Assembly: GCA_964016885.1 (NCBI GenBank)
Contig: OZ024757.1
Coordinates: forward strand, 43,834,001 to 43,898,000
Length of the DNA stretch: 64,000 nt
Source: Eledone cirrhosa
Taxonomy: Eukaryota
Direction: 5' to 3'
Part shown: piece by piece, positions 1 to 10,420 of the stretch
Numbering within the stretch: position 1 is the first letter of the stretch
Layout: each line of letters begins with the position of its first letter
Program-made: the position numbers and the translations under genes
Notes under the pieces: model-generated
Database searches by the model: none
Seen by the model: the letters and a program-made list of their open reading frames with translations, nothing else
Told to the model about the DNA's origin: nothing

Positions 1-2085
1 GAGAAAGACAGTCTCCCCCACATCGACCCAATAGAGGGACCAGCAGTGAAATTTGAAGGTAGTATAATAAGTAAGGCGATCAAAGACATGAAGACGGGCA
101 AGGCGTCCGGGCCTTCGGAAATAGTTGCCGAAATGCTGAAAGCATCTGGAACGGTGGGACACAGTATGGTCACCCGGATAGTAAACCAAGTCATACAGAA
201 TGGGGTCGTTCCGAAGGACTGGCGCAGCAGCATCATCATTAACTGCTACAAGGGTAAAGGTGATGCCCTAGATAGGGGGAAACTATAGAGGCATTAAATT
301 AATTGACCAGGTTATGAAGGTCACAGAAAAAGTAATAGCGCAACTAATCAGAGAGCGAATTGATCTAGACGAAATGCAGTTCGGGTTTGTGTCAGGTAAA
401 AGTACAACAGACGCTCTTTTCATTGTACAACATCTACAGGAGAAGTACCTAGCTAAAAGTAAACCCCTATACTTAGCTTTTGTTGACTTGGAGAAAGCCT
501 TTGACAGAGTACCCCGCTTGATTATCTGGTGAGCCCTTAGAAAACTAGGTGTTGATGAATGGCTTGTGAGAGCTATACAAGCCATGTATAAAGAAACAGT
601 CAGCAAGGTTAGAATTAACAACGAATATAGTGAAGAGTTTAGCGTAAAAGTTGGTGTTCATCAGGGCTCCGTCCTTAGCCCCCTACTATTTATTATTGCT
701 CTTCAGGCTATAACAGAGGAGTTCAAGACCGGCTGCCCATGGGAACTCCTATATGCAGATGATCTAACGCTCATAGCTGAATCAATGGCTGAACTAGAAA
801 ATAAATTCTAAACATGGAAGCATGGCCTAGAATCAAAAGGCCTTAAAGTTAACTTGTCTAAGACTAAAGTTTGTAGGAAGGAAAATAGGGCACCGGTCCC
901 ATCTGGGAAATGGCCATGCTCAGTGTGTAGGAAAGGAGTAGGTAGAAACTCCATGTTATGTCCCAAATGCAAAGTATGGGTACATAAAAGATGTAGTGGG
1001 ATCACAGGTAAGCTAACTAAGAATATAGATTTTATATGTGGCCGGTGCTCTGGTGCAATAAGTAGCACACAAGTGCCCACAGAATACTAACTCATTCCAT
1101 TGCACAGATGGTTCTATAGAAATAGTGGACAGCTTCCGTTACCTGGGTGATAAAATCAGCAGTGGGGGAGGGTGCTCTGAAAGTACAGTAGCTAGAGTCA
1201 GAACGGGATGGAAAAAGTTAAGAGAGCTTATACTACTATTGGCCGTTAAAGGGTTCTCTCTAAAAATGAAAGGCAGGCTGTATGATGCCTGCATACGAAC
1301 AGCAATGTTACATGGCAGTGAGACCTAGGCATTGTGTGCAGAGGATATACGCAGGCTGGAGAGAAACGAAGCTTGCATGCTCCGCTGGATGTGTAATAGT
1401 AATATACGTGAACGGCAAAGCATAAACGAAATAAGGGAGAAATTAGAAATAAGAGGGATCAGATGTTTACTCGAGAGAAGACTATGTTGGTATGGTCACG
1501 TGATGCGCATGAAAGACGACAGCTGTATAAAAATGTGCAGGGCAATAAAAATAAACGGTAGCCACGGAGTAGGCAGACCCAGAAAAACCTGGGACGACTT
1601 GATAAATTCCGACCTCACACACTTACACCTCTCCAAGACAATGTCACTGGACCGAGTTCTTTGGCGCTACACAGTAATAGAGAAGACCCGCCTTACCTAA
1701 GTACAAAGTGAAACCTACTACAGTCAGTAGGCACCTCTAACAAAATACACCCCCGTCCCATTACCCCCACTCCATCCACACCACCCTTTCAATGTAAAGT
1801 TATGTTGGTACCACAACATCCAGCCCGAAACAAATGAGGTCGTGTAGGTGTCACGACAAAAGCACACACAGTCCACGCTGTAATGTGGGCGTGTAGGTAA
1901 CACGGTAAAAACCTCCCAGTTCCACACTGTAAATGTGGTTGGTGTTAGGAAGGGCATCCAACCGTAGAAAACCCGCCAGACAGTCCTATGCGAGCAAGAC
2001 AACCACTCTTGCCTCAAGTGGGAAAATTCCCGTCCAAACCCATGCGAGCGTGGAATATGGACGTTAAACGAAGATCATGATGATG
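1..2085 (+). mobile_element. RTE-clade LINE, 3' part (RT + PHD finger + C-terminus + 3' UTR), disrupted by stops/frameshift
   Basis: RT motifs in consecutive ORFs (GKASGP, QFGF, FVDLEKAFDRV, GVHQGSVLSP, LYADDL, FRYLG, GRPRKTW); C4HC3-like finger CSVC..CPKC..H..C..CGRC at ~915-1050; ends in (ATG)n tail at ~2075-2087. Confidence 0.93.
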
Positions 2086-2232
2086 ATACATATATACATA
2101 TATACATACATACACATATATACATATACACACACACACATACATACACACATACATACATACACATACATTAGTATTCACACATACATATACATACCAG
2201 TACCCATACATATATATATATATATATATATA
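2086..2232. repeat. (TA)/(CATA)/(CA) compound microsatellite
   Basis: Directly visible. Confidence 0.95.
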
Positions 2233-2365
2233 TCAGTATTTCGAGTACGGCCACTACATTATATTCATGTAGGAGAACCCCTACCGATGCGCTGAACGAG
2301 TGTGACTTTTTAGTCCAGCCAGCGACTTGAAAACTCTTGTACAAACACTACACTTGTGATAATTA
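2233..2365 (-). mobile_element. 3'-end fragment of the C2H2-ending LINE derivative seen at 31424-32022
   Basis: Reverse complement matches ~31880-32005 (cacaagtgtagtgtttgtac...ttctcctacatg...gccgtactcgaaa). Confidence 0.8.
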
Positions 2366-3132
2366 TATATCTATCTATCTACCTACATATCTATCAATTA
2401 TATATCTATCTACCTACATATCTATTTATGTATCTCAAAACCTTTTGCAACGTCTATCTTGAGATGTTAAACACCCTCTTACGCCATATCATGCTTGTTT
2501 GCCAAGGGGAGATAATTACATGATTGACTTTGACACGTGCGTACACACCAAACAAACTTAGACACACCCACATACAGCAATGGTAGACGAACGGCGCTGA
2601 ATTTGATTTTCGGTGAAAACGTAACAAGTTGTGTTTCATTGTTTGAACAAACGGACCACTATTATTTCTTCTGGAAACTTTTTTTTATTTATTCTTACCC
2701 TCCTTTCTCGTCCATGGGAGCAAATAAGACATTTATTTTACAAGAGAGTCACTTCAGAAAATTACGCTATCAATATTGATACAGCACATAATAGTGATAA
2801 CCATTTCAATGCAACAACTTAAACAACAATAATATTAATGATATAAGGAAAAAGAGTTCAGAGGAAATTTAACAGAAGAAAGAAGAAATGAATTAAGAGA
2901 GGAAACTAGAATTTCTCAATGAAGCAAGACGAGGAAGACAAAGGTATGCTAAACATGTGTTTAATTAACATTACAAATTGTTCAGTTCTTTCAGAATGAA
3001 AATAAAAACACATAATACAATGTGTATAAAAATATCTCTATTTGATTTCTAGCTTCGAAAAACTGTCAATTTATTTATGAAAATGCAAAGGAACGGTTGA
3101 ACATCAGAGCAAAAGACAGCAGCGAGGGGTAA

Positions 3133-3292
3133 ATTTTTCAGCCTGTGGGGAGTCGGGCCGCTGACTGCGAGGTTCCTCTCTTCACTGGCGGCTCGCCTAA
3201 TAGAGGTAACTGGCGAGGGCGCTTGTTTCTTCCAGCACCCCAGCCTCGCCATCACTCGAGGTAACACTGCCAGTGTGCTGGCTTGCCTTAAA
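3133..3292 (+). pseudogene. CRE-like non-LTR retroelement restriction-like endonuclease C-terminal fragment
   Basis: Translates GPLTARFLSSLAARLIEVTGE..FFQHPSLAITRGNTASVLA, resembling the QRLSIAIQRGNAASV ending of CRE/RLE LINEs. Confidence 0.65.
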
Positions 3293-3771
3293 AATCATTA
3301 GAGAGGTTGCCCAGTACCCCTGGCTGCTGTCTTTTGCTCTGGTGTTGGCTCCGTTTTCCACCCCTTCAATTTATACTGTTACTTAAGCATTTGTAGTGTT
3401 ATGTATATATTTAAAACATTTATGTTATTCTACTGTAAATTTATTTATATTCTTTGTATATATCATATGTGTTTATATTTTCACTCCCATTTGTAACGTT
3501 ATTTAATATATAATAAGTGTTTCTACTTTTGGCACAAGGCCGGCAAATATTCAGTGTATTACTGGTACTTTATTTAATATATAATAACATTTCAAATTGT
3601 AAGATGTAAATAATTGTTCCAAATGTATTTAGTTGTTAACAAACTATCAAATTTCTCTTTTATTCAGTTGTATAAATAACATTAGAAATCGTTTGCAATT
3701 CTTTCAGAATGAAAATATAAACAGAGCATATAAATAAATTTACAGTAGAATAACATAAATATGTTTTAAAT

Positions 3772-3835
3772 ACAGTGGTACCTTGAGATACGAGTGAACC
3801 GACATACGATTTTTTTTTAGATACGAGCTAGCGCG
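3772..3835 (+). mobile_element. Tigger/pogo-like terminal inverted repeat (one end only)
   Basis: TA followed by cagtggtaccttgagatacgag; no partner end found. Confidence 0.5.
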
Positions 3836-4234
3836 TGCCTGCTGCTTGATTTTTACATGTTAATTTTCTGACATGCTTCATTTTTACACGAAAAAACATT
3901 GAATTTTTAGAATAAATATTTATTAAAATATTAACAGAGAAAATTAGATTTTTGATTTAATTTTTTAACAAAATAAATATTTATTTACAGTTTTTCACAG
4001 AAAAACTATGCTTCATTTTTACATGAATATTTATTTACAGTTTTTAACAGAAAAAATATTGCTGCGAAATACATTTTTTTTTTTTAACAGATTTACAGTT
4101 TTTAACAGAAAAAAAATTCTTTAAACACTATATTGTTGCGATATACAGTAAATTTTTTTTACCGGTGCAATTTTATGCGTGATGTATGTAGTGAATGGGT
4201 TGAGCAAAATCCGGCGATACTCGGTGGTCTTGAT

Positions 4235-4460
4235 TCTGCCGAGACTGCTGCCTCTCATTGAAAGGCACTGTGCAAATGGATCTATGATCCATACAGATGA
4301 GTGGCGGGTATGCCTGGTCGTTATACACATCTCACTGTCAATCGTTCAAAGCATTTCGTTGATCCCATATCAAGTACACACACGCAAAATATTGAGGGGT
4401 GTACCAGCCGACCAATATTTCAGTCGTATTTAAGGGAGTTTCAGTGGCAATGTCACGTAT
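4235..4460 (+). pseudogene. Merlin/IS1595 (ISXO2-type) transposase fragment
   Basis: LLPLIERH..GSMIHTDEW, then frameshifted HLTVNRSKHFVDP..HTQNIEG. Confidence 0.8.
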
Positions 4461-5079
4461 CCAACTGGTGAAGGTAAATGTTTCGAAAAAAATGTAGGTG
4501 TTCTAATGCAGTTTATATATAATATCGTCTATGCAAATGTTGGTATTGTGAAGTGCGAGGGTTGTTCCACTACGCATTAAAACAAACATTTGCATACGCA
4601 ATAATGTCAAACTGACTAATGGGAGGTTGCGTATGAATACATGGGCAGTCTCACTCTCTTGTTAAAAACCCGACACAGTTGACGCGTACCAGACAGACCG
4701 ACACAGTTGACGCGTGAAGATGTATCTATAAAAAATGGTGACCTGGCTGTAAAGAATACATCCTTCACACACATAAAAAAAAAATGTCGAGTTTACAATA
4801 ACACAATATTTTGTTTGCACATGGCATTTTTGTCCAATGTGGCGACTCACCTCCTATTTCTTCATCACTTATTCCCGCGCTTTTACTTTGGCCAACTGTT
4901 TCAAGGATACTACGGACTTCAAAAGATTATTTTTAAATGTTTTGTTCGCAACTATTTTGTTAAAGTTTACGAACGTCTTTGATGAACACCTTGGCGACTA
5001 TACACCTACACAGCTCTTACGCTGATAACATTTTGGAGTACTCCGGCAATTCGACCACTACTACGCCTTCACGACTTGC

Positions 5080-5300
5080 ATGAAAACTAGGCAACAAACC
5101 TTTAAATATTCTGTTCCGAGGGACTTTCCTCGTGGACCCATGTTTTTGTCAGAAATGACGGTGAGAAGACCTCTCACTCCACCTTATTCTGGACCCTATC
5201 GTGTACTTGCACGTAGAGATAAACATTTCACCTTTGACTTTAATGGACATAAAGACACACTCTATTGACAGACTAAAGCGGGCCTACACAGATGCTCTCA
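5080..5300 (+). pseudogene. Gypsy/Ty3 integrase C-terminal (GPY/F) fragment
   Basis: RRPLTPPYSGPYRVLAR..KHF and SIDRLKRAY; 29-bp direct repeat caaactgacYaatgggaRgttgcgtatga at 4608 and 5401 may be LTR remnant. Confidence 0.8.
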
Positions 5301-6105
5301 CATCAGAGCCTCATACTCCCCTCTGCTACAATGTGTCAATACAAGCACCACCGCAAACACCACAATCACATTCAAACACTCCTTTACTTTCAACATACAT
5401 CAAACTGACCAATGGGAAGTTGCGTATGACAGACCGAACTGACTTGCAGATGATACATCGCGCGAAAATTTATTGTAAAATGACTCCTACAATCCTTTTC
5501 GACAAATAAAATTATATTTATAGAGGAGTGAGCATTGAAGAGCTATTTATTTATATCCTGGAAGTCAGCAGCATTTACTACCGATAAGAAGCTACCAACT
5601 CTTCGATTAAGGTATTTCAATTATATCACTTATAACTAATATCCTTCGAAGACCTATAACAACAATGTAAAATCATATAGATAATATTTAGCCCCTCATC
5701 CTTATCTATAAATGTATCATTTATCACATAAGACAGTGTAACACAGTCTTCGTTCAACTAATGTGTATATTGTCAATTGCGATTTTATTTGACTTATCAT
5801 ATCTACATGTATATATACTTGCGTATAATATCAATATACACACTACACATGCTAGCAGAAAACCACTCGTAGTATATATATATATAGCGTAGAGTGTAGC
5901 TAGTGTATGTATGTATATATAAGTATGTATGTATATATATGTGTGTGTAAAAATGTCAATAATGACCTTTTTTTTTTTTTTTTTTGACAAAAAACTTGAA
6001 TTTAAGTTGTCATGTTTACCTTAATTAACATTTTAAAAGAAAAGTTGGTTATTTTGACATCCCCCCCCCCTCCCCAAACTAAAAACAAGACATAAAAATT
6101 TAAAT

Positions 6106-6905
6106 TTAAGTTTTAATTGTAAAAGTAACATTATCATATTTTAGCTCCTTGAGTTCCTTAAGTGCGTATTTCAGCTCGTATTCCCCATTTTCTAAACACA
6201 ATGCTTTTGCAACCGAATCTTCACTCATTGAATTCTGTATTCGTAGACCTGACTTTTCCCAGCAATTTACAATTGTCTCTTTTACAACCGAATCCCATGC
6301 CTGGACTGACCAAAAATACCATGCAATAACTGTTTTTACTTTTGCCAGCAATTATTCCAGTGCATCACTGGTACTTTATTTATCGACCCTATAAGGATGA
6401 AAGGCCAAGTTGAACTCGGAAAATAAAGGGGCGTAACTCATGACGTTCCTTTTAAATTGACACTTTCACATCTTTATTAACCAACTTTATTAATAAAAAT
6501 CGTATTGTAGTTGCTTTTGAATGACCAAATTATTCCTTGGTCTAAAGGTTGTAATTTTGTAGTTGTGTTCGAGGGTAGAAAAAAAAAGTTTTATATTTTA
6601 AAAGCTTTGTTTGTGGCATGCTGCATTATCAAGGAGCAATAATACTTTTCTCTATTGTTTAAAAAATTCGTAATTGATTTCTTTTAGGTAAAATGAAAAT
6701 ATATTGTCTGTCATCCATCCGTAATGTTCTTTTTATAATAAAATTCCTGTTTAGAAATGTCAATATTCTTGAAACAACGAGGTTTAAGGCTTTTTTCAGT
6801 AAAAAGGGGTTTAAACTTTTCACCAGTTGCACTACATGTGAATAGTACTGTAATTCTCTTTTGATTCCTCTAATTTTGTATTATCATCGTTAAGAAAAAC
6901 ATAAC
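6106..6905 (-). pseudogene. pogo/Tigger DDE transposase remnant, interrupted by a SINE
   Basis: Minus strand reads KPRCFK, GWMT, KVLLLLDNAACH, FLPSNTTTKLQPLDQGII, AWDSV..ETIVNCWEKSG. Confidence 0.85.
6340..6440 (-). mobile_element. tRNA-derived SINE, partial
   Basis: Matches reverse complement of the 62832-63017 SINE (ctggtactttatttatcgacc...aaggatgaaagg). Confidence 0.75.
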
Positions 6906-7306
6906 TTTTAGTCCCTCTCCTTATTCCTACCCTTTGTCTCATCCTCGAATCCATATTCTCAGTCCCTGTCTCCTATTCCTTATCTCTCTATCTCTTACTT
7001 TTTATTATTTATTTAATCCTTTGATATTTTATTATACAACTTGCCTTTTTATTTTGCTGAAACATATATCGTATTCCTTTTCATGTTATTGTTATCATTA
7101 TTGTCATCACTATTTTACACATCCACTTAGTCACCACTATAACTTCTACTATTATCAGAAACCGTATTTTGTACTTATTTTTTATATCGTCATTCTTTCT
7201 TCTTTATACTTTTATTATTGTTTATCTTTTATTATTGATGTTTTCGTTTTCATTCACTCGATTCTCTGATGTATCTATAAATGCTAATGCCATGTGTTAC
7301 ACCCTC

Positions 7307-7406
7307 CAGTATTCCGATGATTTTATCAGAGCCACACACTGTATTTAAGGTCGAGTGATTAGCGACTTTTAGACTCACCTGTTCAATGAAACAATTGTTA
7401 GTACTG
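7307..7406 (+). ncRNA. Type I hammerhead ribozyme motif, degenerate (CCGAUGA core)
   Basis: Stem I cagtatt/agtactg; core ccgatga 7314-7320; long imperfect stem II; GAAA 7388-7391; palindromic stem III caattg; GUU triplet. Confidence 0.65.
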
Positions 7407-7569
7407 TAAATAAAACCCTTTTTATACAGCCGACCATCTTACTCTTCATTCTTTCACTACTATTACTCCAAGATCGACCTGCATGGGAATTATTGCAAAC
7501 TCGCTACCTAAGTAAGGAAACCTCTCACTGGATTACCTAAAACGATAACTTGTTATCCCATGTGTATAT

Positions 7570-7776
7570 ATCATCATCATCGTTTAAAGTCTATCTTCCA
7601 CGCTAGCATGGGTTTAGACGGGAGATGTCCCACTTGAGGCAAGATTGGTTTTTCTCGCTCGTATAGGACTGTCTGGCAGGTTTTCTACGGTTGGGTGCCC
7701 TTCCTAACACCAACCACGTTTAGTGTGGACTGGGAGGTTTTTACCGTGTTACCTACACGGGCACATTACAGCGTGG

Positions 7777-7815
<39 letters not shown>

Positions 7816-8112
7816 TCGTGACATCTACACGACCTCATTTATTTAGGGCTGGATGTTGTGGTACCAACATAACTTTACAGAGAAAGAGGTTGGAGGAGAG
7901 GGTAGTGGGATGCGGGTGTATTTTTGGTTAAGAGGTGCCTACTGACGAGGTTTCGCGTTGTACATAGACAAATCAGGTCTTCTGTATTACTGCGTAGTGC
8001 CAAAGATCTCTGTCCAGTGACATTGTCTTGGAGAGATGTATGTAAGGTCGGAATTTATCAGATCGTCCCAGGTTTTTCTGGGTCTGCCTACTCCGTAACT
8101 TCCATCAATTTT
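7570..8112 (-). mobile_element. RTE LINE 3' end, same family as 1-2085, opposite orientation
   Basis: Reverse complement of ~1545-2085 including (CAT)n tail and GRPRKTW coding segment. Confidence 0.9.
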
Positions 8113-8141
8113 GATATATATATATATGTGTGTGTATATAT

Positions 8142-8300
8142 TTGTCCTGGGTATGACATTAAACTACATCCAGTGGCAAGGCTCAAGTTCAGGAGGAACT
8201 GTGGGGAACGTGGAGTTACCCCCTTAGTTGTCATAACTCCCAGGTCTGCTCTGGCCTGGTGTAGTAGTACCTGTTAGGGCCCCTTTTATAGGTTAAATAA
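8142..8300 (+). repeat. Unclassified ~160-bp structured interspersed repeat (SINE-like)
   Basis: Copies at ~11396 (and in each array unit) and 36871; cctgggtatgaca pairs with tgtcata..cccagg; always follows a TA-rich tract. Confidence 0.7.
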
Positions 8301-8805
8301 TAAGATGACAGATCGGGGTACCCCTATCAAAGGCCTTCTCTAGGTCAACAAAGGCTAAGTATAGTGGCTTATTTTTCTCTAAGAACCTCTCTTGTAATTG
8401 TCTCATCAAGAAGAGGGCATCTGTTGTACTATTCCCAGGCACAAAACCAAACTGCATCTCATCTAGTTTGACCCTTTCTCTAATTAGTTGTGCTAATATC
8501 CTTTCTGCCACTTTCATAACCTGATCCATCAGTTTTATACCCCTATAATTTCTCCTCTCAAGAGCATCCCCTTTACTTTTGCACTAGTCTTTGGGTATGA
8601 CACTGCCATATATAGCCTGATTGATGTGTGCAACCAGTTTAGTGCCTACGTCCCCTGAGGCCTTCAGCATCTCAACAACTATCTCCGATGGTCCAGCAGC
8701 CTCACCATTTTTCATTTCCTTAATCGCCTCTTGGACCCTATATTCGTCAATCTCAATAGCTGGTTCTTCTGTCTGATCTACTGAGGGTAATTTCTCTCTC
8801 TCCCA
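8300..8805 (-). pseudogene. RTE RT N-terminal fragment
   Basis: QFGFVPG..TTDA..FVDLEKAFDR; AAGPSEIVVEMLKASG. Confidence 0.9.
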
Positions 8806-8812
8806 TGTATAT

Positions 8813-8849
<37 letters not shown>

Positions 8850-9017
8850 CTTGAAATATTTGTAAATGTCTGAGAGATTGGCTAAATGTTTTACAGTGTA
8901 CTGTGCCACTAAACTGCACCATACTAAATCACACTACACTACACTGCACTGTACTGTTCACGCTAACGCTACTGTTTTCTATTTTGCAGTTATGATCAGT
9001 AAGAGAAAGGAAGTTAT

Positions 9018-10420
9018 TTCAACAAAAGCTAAGTATAGTGGCTTCTAATAACCTCTCTTGTAGTTGTCTCGCTAAGAGGGTATCTGTTGCACTTTTCCCA
9101 GGCACATAACCAAACTGCATCGCATCTAGTTGGACCCTTTCTATAATTAGTTGCGCTAATATCCTTTCTGCCACTTTCACAACCTGATCCATCAGCTTTA
9201 TTCCTCTATAATTGCTCATGTCCAGAGCATCTCCTTTACCTTTGTAGCAATTTACGAGAATATTGCTGCAGCAGTCTTTGAGTACAAAACCGACATATAT
9301 AGCCTGATTTGATGAAGCGTGCAACCAGTTGAGTGCCTATGTCCCCTGATGCCTGCAGCATCTCGGCAACTATTCCTGACGGTCCAGCGGCCTTACCATT
9401 ATTCATTTCCTTAATCGCCTCTTAGACCATATATTCGTCAATCTGAATAGCTGATCCCTCTGTCGGATGTACTGGGGGGGTAATTTCTCTCTTTCTCACA
9501 TTGGGTCTCCACATTCATCAGTCTCTCTTAATGACATTTCCAGGCCTTTTTTTTCTGACCATCCGTAAAACTAAGTACGCCGGCATCATTAAGCAGACAA
9601 ACTTAATCTCGATTTGCACTGACACACAGCCTCGCAATACGGAACACGGCGCGTCTTTGATCTTCTTGTCGAGCAGCCTCCTTGCGTGCTAAGTACACCT
9701 AACCTCTAGCTTCTCTCTTAGCGGCTGTATATTCTTCTCTACTCGCACTAATTTTGCAAGCATTCCATGCTAGTCTTTAGTCTCCAATGGCCCGATCTAC
9801 CGTGCTGTCCCACCACCATGTCACTCTCTGTCTGGTTGGAACTCTGATCCAGCCACAAGTTTCATCAGTAACCTGCAGTAAGGTATCGCATAAGAAATTC
9901 CAGTTATCATCTATGTTGTACGACTCTAAATCGTCTTCTTTTTCATCATACACATATTGAAGGGCTTTCCTAAATTTGTATTTTAGTGAGAGCTCTTTTA
10001 GCTTCCAGACCTTTCTTTTTTCCACACCTTCCTGTATGTCTCATTCAGTCTCTTGCTTGGGGTACATTCTTCCCCGGGGTATGCCTTTGTATTTGACACC
10101 ATCTGCCTGTCCCGCTGCCTAACTAGCAAGAAGTCAATCTGGCTTATGTGCTTGCCTGATTTGTAGGTTATTAGGTGGTTGGCAGATTTGTGTAAGTTAG
10201 TGTTGTAGATGGTTAGTGCAATTGCATCGCAAAATTCAAGAAGTTTCACTGCTTCATTTCTTAAGCCGTAAGTGTGCCCAACATGTACCTCAGTGTAACC
10301 ATCGTAGAGCTGTCCAACATGACCATTGAAATCCCCTGCTAGCATAACGATGTCTCCGTCCTGTCATTGTGGCTGTTTGTAAAAATTGCTTGTAAATGCA
10401 GAATTTCTTTTCTTTACCTA
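9018..10420 (-). pseudogene. RTE fragment: APE endonuclease through early RT
   Basis: LAGDFNGHVG, SQIDFLLVR, PGEECTP, TWWWD, CYKGKGDALD..NYRGIKL. Confidence 0.9.

Noticed and set aside
7942-7960. CTGACGA core
   Set aside because: No GAAA or stems; it is antisense RTE 3' UTR.
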